Below, piece after piece: positions 28,721 to 41,643 of a stretch of 64,000 nucleotides of DNA. The translations under genes were made by a program, and so were the position numbers. The notes under the pieces were generated by a model that saw only the letters and a list, made by a program, of their open reading frames with translations, did not search any database and had not been told where the DNA came from. Source of the stretch: Camelus dromedarius (lineage: Eukaryota); contig NC_087436.1 in assembly GCF_036321535.1 (NCBI RefSeq), positions 111,106,001 through 111,170,000 of the forward strand. The letters are read 5' to 3'. The first letter of the stretch is position 1. Each line of letters starts with the position of its first letter.

Positions 28721-30919
28721 GAACAAGTCATTTTCTTAGAGGCTTTGCCTGATCATTTATTCCAACATAGTAACCTCTTCCCACTTGGCCATTGTTATTC
28801 TGTCCTGTTACTGTGTTTTATTTTCATTATAGGTCTTATCACCTTGTGAAATTATTTTTTTATTGATTTGTCTTTCCTTTTTATGCTCTGCTAGAATATA
28901 AATTCCCTGAGAGCAGGAACATTTTCTATTCTGCTTCCTACTGTGCGTAGAAGAATGACTGGCATATTATAACCATTCAGTAGATATTAATCAAATGAAT
29001 GAACTGTAAAGCTATGCATTGTAGAAAAGCTAAAAATAGATAAACAAATGAACAAAATAAAAATCTTTTCTTCACCTACCGATAGGTAACTGTTATGGTT
29101 AAGTTTTCAATCTTTCTGAATCTCTTCCTGGAAAAAGATACTCACACACATACTTACACACTCTTAGGCTTGCTCTCTTCTGCCAGAGCTCATTCCCACG
29201 AATCATTCATTATATATAATCCTCTGTAGTTTGTATTTTTTAAATATTTTTTAAACATCCATATGTTACTATTTTTCTGCAGATCCGTTTTAATAGTTAA
29301 ATAGATTTACTTAGCCGAATAGTATTCTATATTATGGAAAGATCACATTATATTTAATTCATATCTTCAGATATATAAGCAAACATACTTTAGCTGAGAT
29401 TTTTGCACTCAATCTTAATTTTTACTTGAAGACAATTTCCTAGAAGTGAAATTGTTGCATAAAAGAGCTTTCATAAAGCTGTTAGAAGTCAAGATAGTGG
29501 ATGTGGGGGTAAGTTAGTGACCCCGAGGTATGATGGGGGAGCTTCTGGGTTGATGGTGGTGACCTAGGTGCTATTTACATAAGCATGTTCAGTTTATGAA
29601 AATTCATTAAATTGTGTACTTATGTTCATTCTTGTTATGAATGTCATATTTCAGTAAAAAAAATTTTAAAGTTCATATAAATCATTTTTGGATGAGCATG
29701 ACAAAGGCTAGCAAATCTAAAGTTTTCCAATATATAGTTGTAATAAATATACATTCCACATTTTAAATGTTTGGTTAAAACTTAAACTTACAGAATAAAG
29801 TAGTTCAATACATAAGATAAAAAAGAGAATGTGTTTTTTAAAATATTTTTCAAGGTATTGACTTGAAACCTCTTGAAACTTTGCTTTAGTTCAGTACTTA
29901 AAGGAATAACTGAAGAAAGAAAGAACTACAGTGAAATTCTTTTTTTTTTTACAATGAAATTCTAAAATGGCTTGTGGTGGAAGTGCTGAAACCTTGTTTA
30001 ATTTTACCAGTAATATTTTCCTAGTTCAATTTCCTAGTTCAATTTCCACATCCTAAATTTACTATAAGCACTTTACTCTGATTTATTTTGCCCCTTATCA
30101 GTATTAATAAGTATTAGATGGATGAATTCTATAGGATTTCACCTATGTATGCACTAAATAAAACACGTCAGGAAGGCAATAGCCCTTCCCTTTTAAAAAG
30201 ATGTTTGACATGCAGAGGAAGGCAGATGAGGGAAAGAAAAACCAATGTTAATTGATGTGCTACTCTAATATTACATTGATTGTTTCCTCCATGACTCTGA
30301 AACTAACTCAGCGGTTAAACAAGTAACAAAAACAATTTTAAAATAAAATTTTGATAAACCCAAGGGGTTGCTTTTACACTTTGGTATTATTTTGTTAGTA
30401 AGTTTGTGGGGGTTTTCCATTAATATATGCTCATTATGGCAAACATGGGGAAAACAGAAAATTAGAGAGCAAGATTATATATATTATGTGTGTGTATATT
30501 TATATTATATATACATTATATATACATACATGTGTGTGAGTTGGTGCCCACACACATATTTTAATTACTCACATCCTTATTAAAGGTTATGTTCCATTTG
30601 TTATATTTATTTCCAGATATTATTCTATATTTGGTATTTTGGGTTTTTTAAGTATTTAGAGTGTTTAAAAATGTATTTCTACTTATCAGTAATATGGAAA
30701 TCTTTGGCATATTTTTGTGCGTAAAACCATGTTCATGTTAAATACTAGTTTCTTAAGATAGATGCCTTGAAGAATGTGAACATTTTAAAGATTTTTGATA
30801 GCATATTGCTAGATTATTTCCAAAAGTGTTCCATTTCTGAAGTGGTAATGTTTAAAGGTGCTAAGTTTATTATACCATTATCAACATTGTAACTTGTCTT
30901 TTTAAAAAATTACACAGAT

Positions 30920-31150
30920 TAGAATTGTAGTTGAATGCATACTCTGGAATATGACTGACTGAGTTTGAATAGTGTTTTCACTACTTACAGCTGTGTGACC
31001 TTGGGCAAGATAACTAACCTCTCTTTCACTCTCAGTTTTGTCATTAAAATTTGCAAATTAATAAAGCCTATTTATATATACTGGGTTGTGTGAGCACTGA
31101 ATGGGTCAAGACATGCAATGCTCTTGGAGTAGTGTTTTGCATACTTTGTG
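30920..31150. mobile_element. MIR SINE fragment
   Basis: cttacagctgtgtgaccttgggcaagataactaacctctct MIR core. Confidence 0.75.
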
Positions 31151-33589
31151 TACACTATAGAAAAGTATAGTTTTATATATTTAGATTTTATGTAAGTTCT
31201 ATTTTCTGGAAATCAGTTGACTATAAATGATTACTTTGAAATCATGGGAATCTCCTTGAGAGTACAGTAGGAGAAAACCAGGAAGAGCCGAAGGCTGACT
31301 AGAACAGTACATTGAGGGGCTAAAAGGAAGGCAAGAAGACCCATTTAAGGAGTTAGATAAGAAGTGGTCAGAGACATAAAGTAGAAATAGCATTAAGGTA
31401 TTTATTAAAACTGTTAATGTAGGTTTGCATCAAAGAGTATTAAATATTAAGTTGCAGTGATTTTGATGAAACTTTTATTGCTATTGATTAGTAATTTATG
31501 AAATTTAATTTGTTATATTTTTCCCCTTGTCCAAAAAACATAAAATGTATGTGATTTTCTCCTTATTAAAATTCATTTGCCTTCATGTACTGAATCTTAC
31601 CAATATTTACATCTTTAGTATTGATGATGAGTAATATGTTTTTAAAAAATCTTTTAGCTCAGTATGGGCTGAGCTTGATGAATTTGTCTTGTATGGCACC
31701 TGGAGATCAATAATATTGTGAGAATAATAAATATATCTTTAATATACTTAGTATTCATATTTAATTAAGTCGTTAGTGATCATCAGTCTTGATATTTCTG
31801 AAGAAAAATCTGTATGATTATTAGAATCTAACAAATATAGAAATTGGTGATTAAAAATTGTTCTTAGCCTCTTTAACTTAAGTGGAATTTCTCTGTGTAA
31901 AGCTAACTTCTCTCATATGGAAAGCAACTTTTTGACTATGCTGCCATTTTCGGGCTGGCTGAACAAAGTCCATTGATTTCATGACTGTTTTATCAAGTCA
32001 GGATCTGCTGTGTGCAGTGCTGTATGCTGACATTGGTGTGACAGAATTGAGCAAGTCATTGATGAGTCAGTGAATGGGTCTTTTTTTGAGATACTATTCC
32101 TCTCATGCCCTTGTTTTTATAAGTGAGTCTTGTGAGAGAATCAGCCAAGTAAGTATACTTAATTAAATATAAATTGTAAAGATTCTAATCTGTATAGATT
32201 CTAAACATAGTTACTAATTCCCACAATACTATTGGATTGCCTAATAAGCTAGGCAAATTATAACATGTCATAAATACAGTATAGAAGAAGAGGGTGCTGT
32301 AGAAGTATGAAGAAGGCTGGGGGGAAATTAGGAAAACCTTCTTTGAGGGGCTGATCCCAAAGGACGTATGTAAGTTAGCCAGGCCAAGATAGCACAAAAC
32401 ATACCTTGAAAAATGGACAGAGGCCAGATAAGAGATGAGAAAGAATAGTGTCCTTGGATGAGTGAAAAACAATTCTGTATTATGAGGGGTGCATTTGTCT
32501 GCTTTGAATAGATTCTTTATCAGGAATTTGCAGGAAAATAAAGAACTGAGAACAATTGATAATGGAAATTCAAATCTTCGTTTTGGTATGCAAATTCTCA
32601 AAAAAAATTTTTTTAACCCAATAAAATGTTGATACTCAAGAAATTGCTTAATTTGGTCATGGTTTCAGTTTTTCAAACATCAGTCCATTTTAAGAGTTAT
32701 CTCTGATAGTGTCATGTGCACAATTATCTGCCCTGTTGAAAGATTACACTGGCCTCTCTTTAATTCTTTATCTTTTACATTAGTGTTTAATCAGAAACAA
32801 TTAAATTGTGTTGTTAATGCTCAGTCAACAACCAGTAAATGGAAACAATTGTGTTTATTAGGAAAATGCAGTGTAATAATCATGTTCCCATCACCCAGGA
32901 CTACTAAATGTATTTGATCATATTTGCTTCTGGTATGTTTTCTCTAAAGGAATTATCACATCCTTTGTTTATCCTTGGCAGCAACCACTGATAATACCTA
33001 TTTATACATCTATATGCAAAATAATTTTGTGTGCTTTAGGGATTCACATAAACGCATACTAAATGCACGCTTGCACGCTGATTTACCCCTGCAACTTACT
33101 CTTACTCATCAGGTTAGCAAAAATTAAAAATCTCAGCAACACCAAGTGTTGTCAAGGGTATGGAAAAAATTTTGGTAATACCTAAAAAGTTTAAAATGTA
33201 TACCCTACTGTCCAGCACTTAAACTCCTAGGTGTGTATCTTTGAAAAACTTTTATACATGAAGCAAAAGAAAACATTTAGAAGAATTTTCGTTTCAGCAT
33301 TGTTTGTAATAGTGAACAACTAAAACAACCTAAGTATCTACCAATAGATGAATGGTAAAAGAATTTCAGTCTCTCTTTCTTTGTGTTTTATTTATTTTAT
33401 ATTGCTCTGCTGCATTTTTAGCATAGTAAGTACTTAGTTTTTATTCATCAAGTTAATTATTAGTACTTTGATAATATATACACACAAAACAATGTACCGT
33501 ATACTTTATCTATCCAGTCTCCCATTTTACCCTTTTAATCCAGGCATTCTAACTTCTAGCAGTAACTGAATTTCTTCTAATTCTTTGAA

Positions 33590-34580
33590 ATTCTAATTAT
33601 CAAATATTCTTGAACATTTATTGTGTGCCAGGCACTGTTGTAGGCAGTGGGGTACATCAATAAATAAAATAGACATGGTCTCTGCCTTCGTGTAGCTTAT
33701 CGTCTGGTGGCTAGCCCTAGGGAGTATACACACAACTAGAATATAGCCTGCTAAATGCTAAATAACGTAGGTAAGTGTTGCAGGTATAGGAACCTAGAAT
33801 ACTTAGAACCAAGTTCAGTTTGTGTCCTGAATGACTGAATGATGAGTAAGATTTGGTGAGAATTAGTATCAGTGTGGGAATAAAAGGGAAGGATTAGGAG
33901 TCTTCTAGGCAGAGGTAGCTAATTGAAAGTGCGAAAGCCCATAGCTGAAAAATAGCCTAGCACTTCCCCAACAGGTTTCCCTTTTCCACCCTTTGCTCTT
34001 TGCAGTCCATTCTCCCCACAGCAGATTGATCCTTTAAAAACATAAATTAAACTTGTGCCTGTCTTATGCTTAGTGTCTTCCAGTGGTTTCTTGTCTCTTT
34101 CTAAATAAAAGTCAAATTTCTTGCCATGGCCCATAAGGCCCTATGCGATCTGCTTCCTGTAACATTTCTGATCTCATCTCACTCAGCCTGGCTTACTGCA
34201 CTCCTGTCACCCTGGCCTCTTTGCTGTTCCTTAAACACTCCAGATATGATTCCATATCACAGACTGATCCTTCTAGAAGCTTTCTCCCAGATAACCAGCT
34301 TGGTTGGTACCCTCGCTTTCTTCAGGACTCTATTCAAGTCAAAGAAGCCTTATACTTTTAACGCTTGATAAAATGGCAACCGCCTTAGCCCTACCCTCAT
34401 TACTCTGCTTTGTTTTTCCTAAGTAGCACTTACCATCAACCTGAAATATGGTTGGTGGTGATGGTGGAGGTAGTGTATGAATTGTTTGCCTAGATCCTAA
34501 GCACTGTGAGACTAGGTACTTTGTATGCCATTTTTACTGCTGCTCTCCAGATTCCTAAAACAGTGCTTTGCACATGGTTG
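33590..34580. mobile_element. LINE-2 fragments (both orientations)
   Basis: tgtgccaggcactgttgtaggc..agacatggtctctgcc and tccattctccccacagcag..ctttgctgttccttaaacactcc are L2 3' motifs. Confidence 0.65.
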
Positions 34581-35524
34581 AATTATTTTTAAACCCAGCT
34601 GAAATTTTGAGTAATTTTTTCAATATGAATTTTCTTATAATTTCTTTCCTTTAGCTTTAATTTTCAGTTTTTAGCTATCAGTAAAGACATACTCACAGCA
34701 TTATTTGTTGCTGTGTTTTAAATTCATATTTTTATTCTTTTTGAAGTTTATTGGATTAACAATATATGAGTCATTTAAGTTTTATTTATGTAAATTCAGT
34801 ATTATAATAGTAATAAAAACAACTTCATTTTAGCAACAAATATATAGGCAGTTGTTTTCAAACAGGTTGTTTTTCTTAAAATGTCTTATTTTGTCTTCAT
34901 CCAATCACAGATGTAACCACAATATATTACATAGGCAATGATTCAACTGTTGTGTATTTCAGTTACTAAAAACAGTAAGATGTTATACTGTGAGTTCCAA
35001 AAAATGCATTGGTTGAACATAGAGTCAAGGATTACCTTAAGTATATGTCCCACATATTGCTAGTCTTGGTAAATGCTAATTATTGTTCTCTTATTCATCA
35101 TCATATTTTCTATGCGCTGTTTTGTATGACATACATTATTCCTACTTTCCCAAAGCATTATCTGGGCAGCCTTGAACAGAAAACAGTCCTGTTTCTATTG
35201 AATGAGCAGTCAAATGGCTCACTGTAGAGCAGTGGGAAAGGTGACCAAGGCTGAATTTTAAACAGATTTTATATCATAGTCTCTTTGTTTCTTCATATCA
35301 CTTGGCAATGCCAGATCTTTCTCTGTTTCTTTTTTCCTATGTAGTGCCTTCCCAGTCATGTCCTGTTGCTAAAACCATAAGATGAGTTGGTAATGACCAC
35401 ATGTCAAATGCAAGTGTTAATTTTTAGGTCATGAATTAGGAGATCATCAAAATATGAAATGTTAAAATGTAAGGATTACCTATTTGTCACAAATATAAAG
35501 TTTTTTCTCTTGCAAAAATTATAG

Positions 35525-35618
35525 GGGATGGAGTGTTAGATCTCTCTACAAAGAAAACCAGCATAAAATCTGAAGAGTCATCCATATGTGATCCTTCTTC
35601 TGAAAATTCAATGGCTGG
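35525..35618 (+). CDS. LCORL: LCORL internal coding exon (94 nt, phase 1/2) with second CtBP motif VLDLS
   Basis: ttatag|GGGATGGAGTGTTAGATCTC...GCTGG|gtaagc; encodes (G)[30 protein letters not shown](G), in phase with the previous exon. Missed by the ORF track. Confidence 0.95.
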
Positions 35619-36132
35619 GTAAGCAATATCTAGGAAATAATAAGTTAATATTAATATAAAATTATGCAGAGAACTCTTAATACTACTTTGAGTAGATTGA
35701 CATATGTAGTTTTCTTCCAGAATTTTCGTCACTCATAAGTGTGTGTCTCTCATACCTTTCATTTGTCTTTTCTCTTTCTTTTTTATTCTTTCTGTTAAAG
35801 AAAAGTTATCAGAACAATCACCAAACTTTAGTTCATGTTACTAAAATGAACTACCAACTTAATCATAGAATACAAACTAAGAAGCAGGACAAGTGAGAGA
35901 ATTTTAAATTTAATATTTAGGAGGCAATTTTAAGGAAAATATGTAATTTCACTATTTAGTTTTTTAAACAATCAACCAATTTTAAAAATACTGTACTTAC
36001 TAATTCTTATAACTAACTTAACAGTGTTTAGATTTTTTTTTATTGTGTTTTAGGTGTGGTGGCAGACAATTTAATATATCTAGAAATCGCCACAAAAAGT
36101 CCTTTCATGCTTTAAAGCTGTTGTTAAATTAC

Positions 36133-36160
36133 ATAAATAAATAAATAAATAAATAAATAA
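36133..36160 (+). repeat. (TAAA)n tetranucleotide repeat
   Basis: ataaataaataaataaataaataaataa. Confidence 0.9.
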
Positions 36161-36961
36161 TAGTGAAATGCTTTTCTGTTGGACTTTTGGAATTTTTTTT
36201 TTGTAGCTTTTGCATCTTCCCAATAGCAAACTGCATAGGAAGCTTTTTTGTCATGTTTAAATCTTGGATGTAGAGTGAAATTTGTTTCAACTAAGGCTGT
36301 AATAGCTTTTTTGAGTCACAGGGTATAATGAGCTTTCTATTTGAGAAACTTTGAAAATTATAGTGATAACATTTAAAGTAGAAATAACATGTATAGTATC
36401 TAAAATTATTTTACCCAAATATAACTTATCTACTTATTTCAAATTTTAAGTTTTTATCTAGAAAAAAATTAGTCTTGTGGAAATATGGGATGTTTGTGTT
36501 TGGAAATATTCTTGCTGCTGCAGATTTCCTTTAAAGGGGTTGACTCTTTTATTACTTGTTTAGCGGTAACGTCACGTTTCTACTAACAAAAACTCCTTTA
36601 GGATTTGGGTATTTTTTATAATGGAACTCTAATTGTAAAAAAATTAAAAGTGTTGCTCTGCAAGCATCTGTCAGAGGAATAGCAACATCATGAGAATATT
36701 TTTTACAAATACTGAGTTAGGATTTTATGTTCTTGGAAGGTCTGCCCGTTGAGGCCACTGTATGATTGACACACTGTCCTACCAGGACTGTAGCGTTTGC
36801 TTTGATAAGGAGTAACTACTACATCTCACAGACTTAAAAGAGTCATAAGCAGTGATGTTACCTAAGCAAGGAGTATAATAAAGGAGTGGACCCTCCCCTT
36901 CCATAGCTGTGTGAGAGTCTCTCATGCATCAGTTTACCATCGTTTCATTCCATCCATCCAG

Positions 36962-37994
36962 GAGACTACACAGAAACAGAGAGGACTATGTGGAAAGAAG
37001 TGCTGAGTTTGCAGATGGTTTGCTCTCAAAAGCTTTGAAAGACATTCAGTCTGGAGCACTGGACATAAATAAAGCAGGCATACTTTATGGCATACCTCAA
37101 AAAACTTTACTTCTCCACTTAGAAGCCTTACCAGCAGGGAAGCCTGCATCTTTTAAAAACAAAACTCGAGATTTCAATGATAGTTACTCATATAAAGACA
37201 GTAAAGAAACTTGTGCAGTGCTGCAAAAAGTAGCCTTGTGGGCAAGAGCTCAAGCAGAGCGCACAGAAAAAAGTAAACTCAATCTACTTGAAACCTCAGA
37301 ATTAAAATTCCCAACAGCTTCCAGTTACCTCCATCAGTTAACTCTACAGAAAATGGTTACTCAATTTAAAGAAAAAAATGAAAGCCTACAATACGAAACT
37401 TCACATCCTACTGTACAGTTAAAAATTCCTCAGCTGCGAGTAAGTTCTGTTTCAAAACCACAACCTGATGGTCCTGGTCTGATGGATGTTATGTATCAAG
37501 TTTCCAAAACCTCTCCAGTCCTTGAAGGATCAGCTCTCCAAAAACTGAAAAATATACTCCCTAAACAGAGCAAAATAGAATGTTCTGGGCCCGTAACTCA
37601 CTCAAGTGTTGACTCTTATTTTCTACATGGGGACCTCTCTCCTTTGTGTCTTAATTCTAAAAATGGAACAGTTGATGGAACCTCTGAAAATACTGAAGAT
37701 GGATTGGATCGAAAAGATAATAAGCAGCCCAGGAAAAAACGTGGCCGTTACCGGCAGTATGATCATGAAATAATGGAAGAGGCTATTGCAATGGTAATGA
37801 GTGGAAAAATGAGTGTTTCCAAAGCACAAGGAATTTATGGGGTACCTCACAGCACTTTAGAATACAAGGTAAAAGAAAGATCTGGAACACTGAAGACTCC
37901 TCCGAAGAAGAAACTCCGATTACCAGACACTGGGTTATATAATATGACAGATTCAGGGACTGGCAGCTGCAAAAACAGCAGCAAGCCTGTGTAG
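36962..37994 (+). CDS. LCORL: LCORL terminal coding exon of the HTH isoform (two HTH/pipsqueak-type motifs, basic NLS-like segments)
   Basis: Acceptor ccatccag|G in phase 2. [83 protein letters not shown]; stop TAG 37992-37994. Confidence 0.97.
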
Positions 37995-38012
37995 ATTACT
38001 TGTTAGGAAAAT

Positions 38013-38100
38013 GTTTGTGTGTGTGTATGTGCGTGCGTGTGTGTATGTGTGTTTGCGTGTGTGTGTATGTGCACAGGTGTGTATTTGTGTGTCTGTATAC
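38013..38100 (+). repeat. Imperfect (TG)n tract at start of 3'UTR
   Basis: gtttgtgtgtgtgtatgtgcgtgcgtgtgtgtatgtgtgtttgcgtgtgtgtgtatgt... Confidence 0.9.
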
Positions 38101-41100
38101 ACACATGTGGGAATTACAGATGCTCACTCTGACAGGAGACATGAAATTTTACAGTTCAAAAACCACTTACATGCCTTTTGAAAAAAGTTTTATTCAGGGT
38201 TTTCACTGTGGACAGAATTATATAGTTGCTTACTTAATTCTGATAGTTTGTATTTAATCCTTGTATAAATAGGTGAAAAGGATTCAGGTTTTCTTTAGTA
38301 GTCAATAGCATAAAGCGTTGTGGGAAAACAAGTAATTGTCAAGTGAAACATTTTTATTAGTGAAAGACCACTCCAGCCATTCAGTTGAAACCATCTTATA
38401 ATGGAAATATGATATTAATAGCTTGTAAGCATTCTTGCATAACATACTTACAGTTATTGTAAGTATATCAAACAACCGGTCAAAATTTAAAATAGTTATC
38501 TCCACACTAATAAAAATTAATATATACAGTATTAGTACACTACAGTGCATTCTATGAAATATGAAATGCACTCAAGTGCATCCACCAGGAATAGAAAAGA
38601 AAACCTTAAATGATATGTATAATGAAATTTAATATTTATCATTTAATAGTTGATTTAGCAGGAAGTTGGGGTTTATAAGGTATATACTTTAAAAAAAAAT
38701 ACTTACACATAGTTAACCCCAGCAGCTATAGAATCCTTTAATATAAGATGGAATACTAAGAACAAAAAGTAATTTAAATTTAATTATTAAAATAATTTAA
38801 TTTTGTTTTTCATTTGAAAAATAAGCTAATGTGTAAGGTTAGAAAAGAAAGTTGGAATGCAACTTAGAGCATGTTTATAATGTGCACAGAAAAAGCTTGA
38901 GAATGATAATTTTGGTTTAAATGTGCTGGTTAGTTGATGTTATGACTACTTTAAATTTTAAGGATTGTGACACACTCCTACTATTGAAAAACCTCAGTGT
39001 AACTTTAATATATTTGCTGCTGTGACATTTCAAAACATTTTCAGTTTATCAAAATGAATTACAGATTTCATTTTGATGGGTGATACATTATCATTTTGCT
39101 AATAACCAAATTTGCAGTTTGTTCAGGGTCTTGAATAGATTTACAGATATTTAACACTGAAGCTGTTTTGAACTTTTGGTAATGTAAACTCTCTACTAAT
39201 TGGGTAGTTAGAAGCTGGGCAGTGCATTTTAACTTTTACTAGACTCATAAAAGAGACCAGTAATTTTATATAGCAGTTTTAAAATGTGGTTCAGAGTATC
39301 CATGTTGGATTTATGGAGTATGCAGTTTTAGTGGTAAAATGTTATAAAGCGTGTGCCTCCATATAAAGAATGGGGGTTTGCTTCAGAAATTCAAAATTCT
39401 CCGAGTGCCCCTTTTCTCTGTTAAAATTCAGGTTCTGATCACTTTTTCTAAGCCAGTTTTCCTAAGTCCGAAAGGAATACTTAAAGCTGAATTTAAAAAA
39501 ATAAGTGCACCTTGTCAAATACATGTGTTTTTACACTTGTGTTTGTGTGTATCTAATAATCACATATACCTGTAATACTAAAGAGATTTTCAGCTTATCA
39601 CATTTAAAAACTGCTTACATATGTTTAAAGAAACTGAAGAGTGGGAAACTACACAAGCAAGTAGTTATTTGGTCTCTCTGATCTATACTGAACCCTCTTC
39701 AGCTATTAATGTTACCTGCATACTAGGGTATGAATCCTCTTGCTCTTTTGTTTTTGTCCCCAAGAAAGTATACATAATAGATTGCAAAACAGCAGATGTC
39801 AGGGTCATCTTTCTTTTTAAAGAATTAAGCCATATTTTGTGAGGGCCAGAACTTGGATTATTTAATATATTTCCTCTTCCCCCCACCCCATTGAAAAACA
39901 AAGTTAAAGATAAACATTTCAACACAATTTTATTGACCTCTTTATACAGAATTTTACTTGGAAAAATTTGGGGGCTTGAATGCATTACATAATATTTATA
40001 TTGTATTGAGCTTTTTTATTCCTCACACTATATTTACATTAATAAATTGATTGAGAAGTTTATAGTAAAGGGATACTTACAGAACACTTTTATATCATTT
40101 AGAAGATGACCTGACCAAAAACTTTACAGGATTCATAAAATCAGGGATCATTTTGCTATTGACTTCACAGTGATCAGTAGTTTTATAGGTAATATTATAG
40201 TTAATTTGCAGCCTTTTAGTACTTGTATTATTTATTTTTGGTCAGAAATAGTAAATTAAATATTTTTTGATAGTTTATAGGTAATGATCAACCCATAACT
40301 TTTAAAAGAAACAAAATGTTTCTAATTATTGAGTTAACTTTTGATTATACAAACTAGGAAAGGCAGGGAAATTTATGGGTTCCCCTTCTCCCCAGTGATT
40401 CTATTAAGATGTTCTTTATGTTAAACTTTCAAAGTACTTTATAAATTTAGTTACCAGTTACTACGTATTAATTGACAATTTTCTGAAAAATCCAGTTTCA
40501 GCAGACTTTTAATGAAGATGAAAGCAACCCTTATGTGCTTTCTACTTATTTGAATGTTCCTCAAGTATTTTATATTTAAAAAAAAAAGAAGGAAAAGAAA
40601 AAACAGTGCCTCTGTTTTTAGAAAACTACTGCTCAGTAAAGTTGTTTAAACCATTTCTGGTAGCTAATGACAATTTTATATTAAATTGTATACTAACTTT
40701 AGTGAGACTGATTTTTTTAGTTGTTTACAGTACAAATACTTGTATTTGTTTTTTAATTGCAGTATTTCCATTGTCGCAGTAATTTAGTAAAACTCTGTGG
40801 CTGCCTTGATTTTGACAGATTTTGTTAATATAAACTGATTGTTAGGCAATTAGTTATATTTATGCATAAATCAATTGCACTATAATTCATGAATTATTTA
40901 TTACAATATTTTCTAATGAATTCATGTATCTGTCTTGTGTTGTAAATGTACTGTAATTCTGTTTCTATTTTGTGTTGTTATATATCTAAATCTGATTGTA
41001 TGAATTTTAATTGTTCAGTTAACGTGTTTCTAGGTTGTAATTTGTAGTAAAGCACTTCAATGCTTTTGCACTTAAATTTACAACACTGTTGGTGTGTGAT

Positions 41101-41114
41101 TGATTTACTCATTC

Positions 41115-41120
41115 AGTAAA
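41115..41120 (+). terminator. Candidate distal polyadenylation signal (AGTAAA variant)
   Basis: AGTAAA preceded by U/GU-rich sequence; position inferred only. Confidence 0.4.
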
Positions 41121-41571
41121 AGAAAAAAAAGAAAAAGCAAAGAAAAAAGCGACTACACTGGCTTCTTTGATTCACTCTAGGAAGCAGTTTTATTAATATT
41201 AATGTTAGAATTGACTTTCTCCAATGAGAGCTATTTCAACAACAAAACTTGGAATGGGCTAAATGGATAGTAAAATACAAAAATAGGCAGGATGTTTTTG
41301 TTTACAAATCAAACAGGAAAAGGTTAGAAGGTTAAAACATTTTTTAGCATTTAAAAACAGGGGAACTGTGAAACATACAATTTTAGAAACTTTATTATAA
41401 TCAGTTGAAAATAAATTCTAGATTGGAGGCTTGTATGTATTCAACTATTATTTACTCATATATTAGGTTTTTCTTTGCATTTCTAATATGCAAATATATG
41501 GAAAAGAAAAAAATTGAAGCCAGATAAGCATATTGTGAAGTTTTATAATTTGAGAACTTAGTTATCTAATG

Positions 41572-41576
<5 letters not shown>

Positions 41577-41640
<64 letters not shown>
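41577..41640. repeat. Perfect (TA)32 microsatellite
   Basis: 64 bp of uninterrupted TA. Confidence 0.98.

Positions 41641-41643
<3 letters not shown>

Larger units (their letters stand above)
37995..41140 (+). other. LCORL: Long AU-rich 3'UTR of the LCORL HTH isoform (end inferred)
   Basis: Repeat-free AU-rich sequence after the stop; AATAAA at 38509 and 40041, AGTAAA at 41115 followed by an A-rich tract. Confidence 0.65.

Noticed and set aside
30017..30047. 13-bp tandem duplication tttcctagttcaa
   Set aside because: Ordinary slippage duplication; not an array or CRISPR-like structure
36924..36961. ATG-initiated N-terminal extension of the 356-aa ORF
   Set aside because: Lies in the acceptor pyrimidine tract; the exon begins at 36962 in phase with the upstream exon
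38000..38257. 85-aa Cys/Val-rich ORF
   Set aside because: Translation of the TG repeat in the 3'UTR
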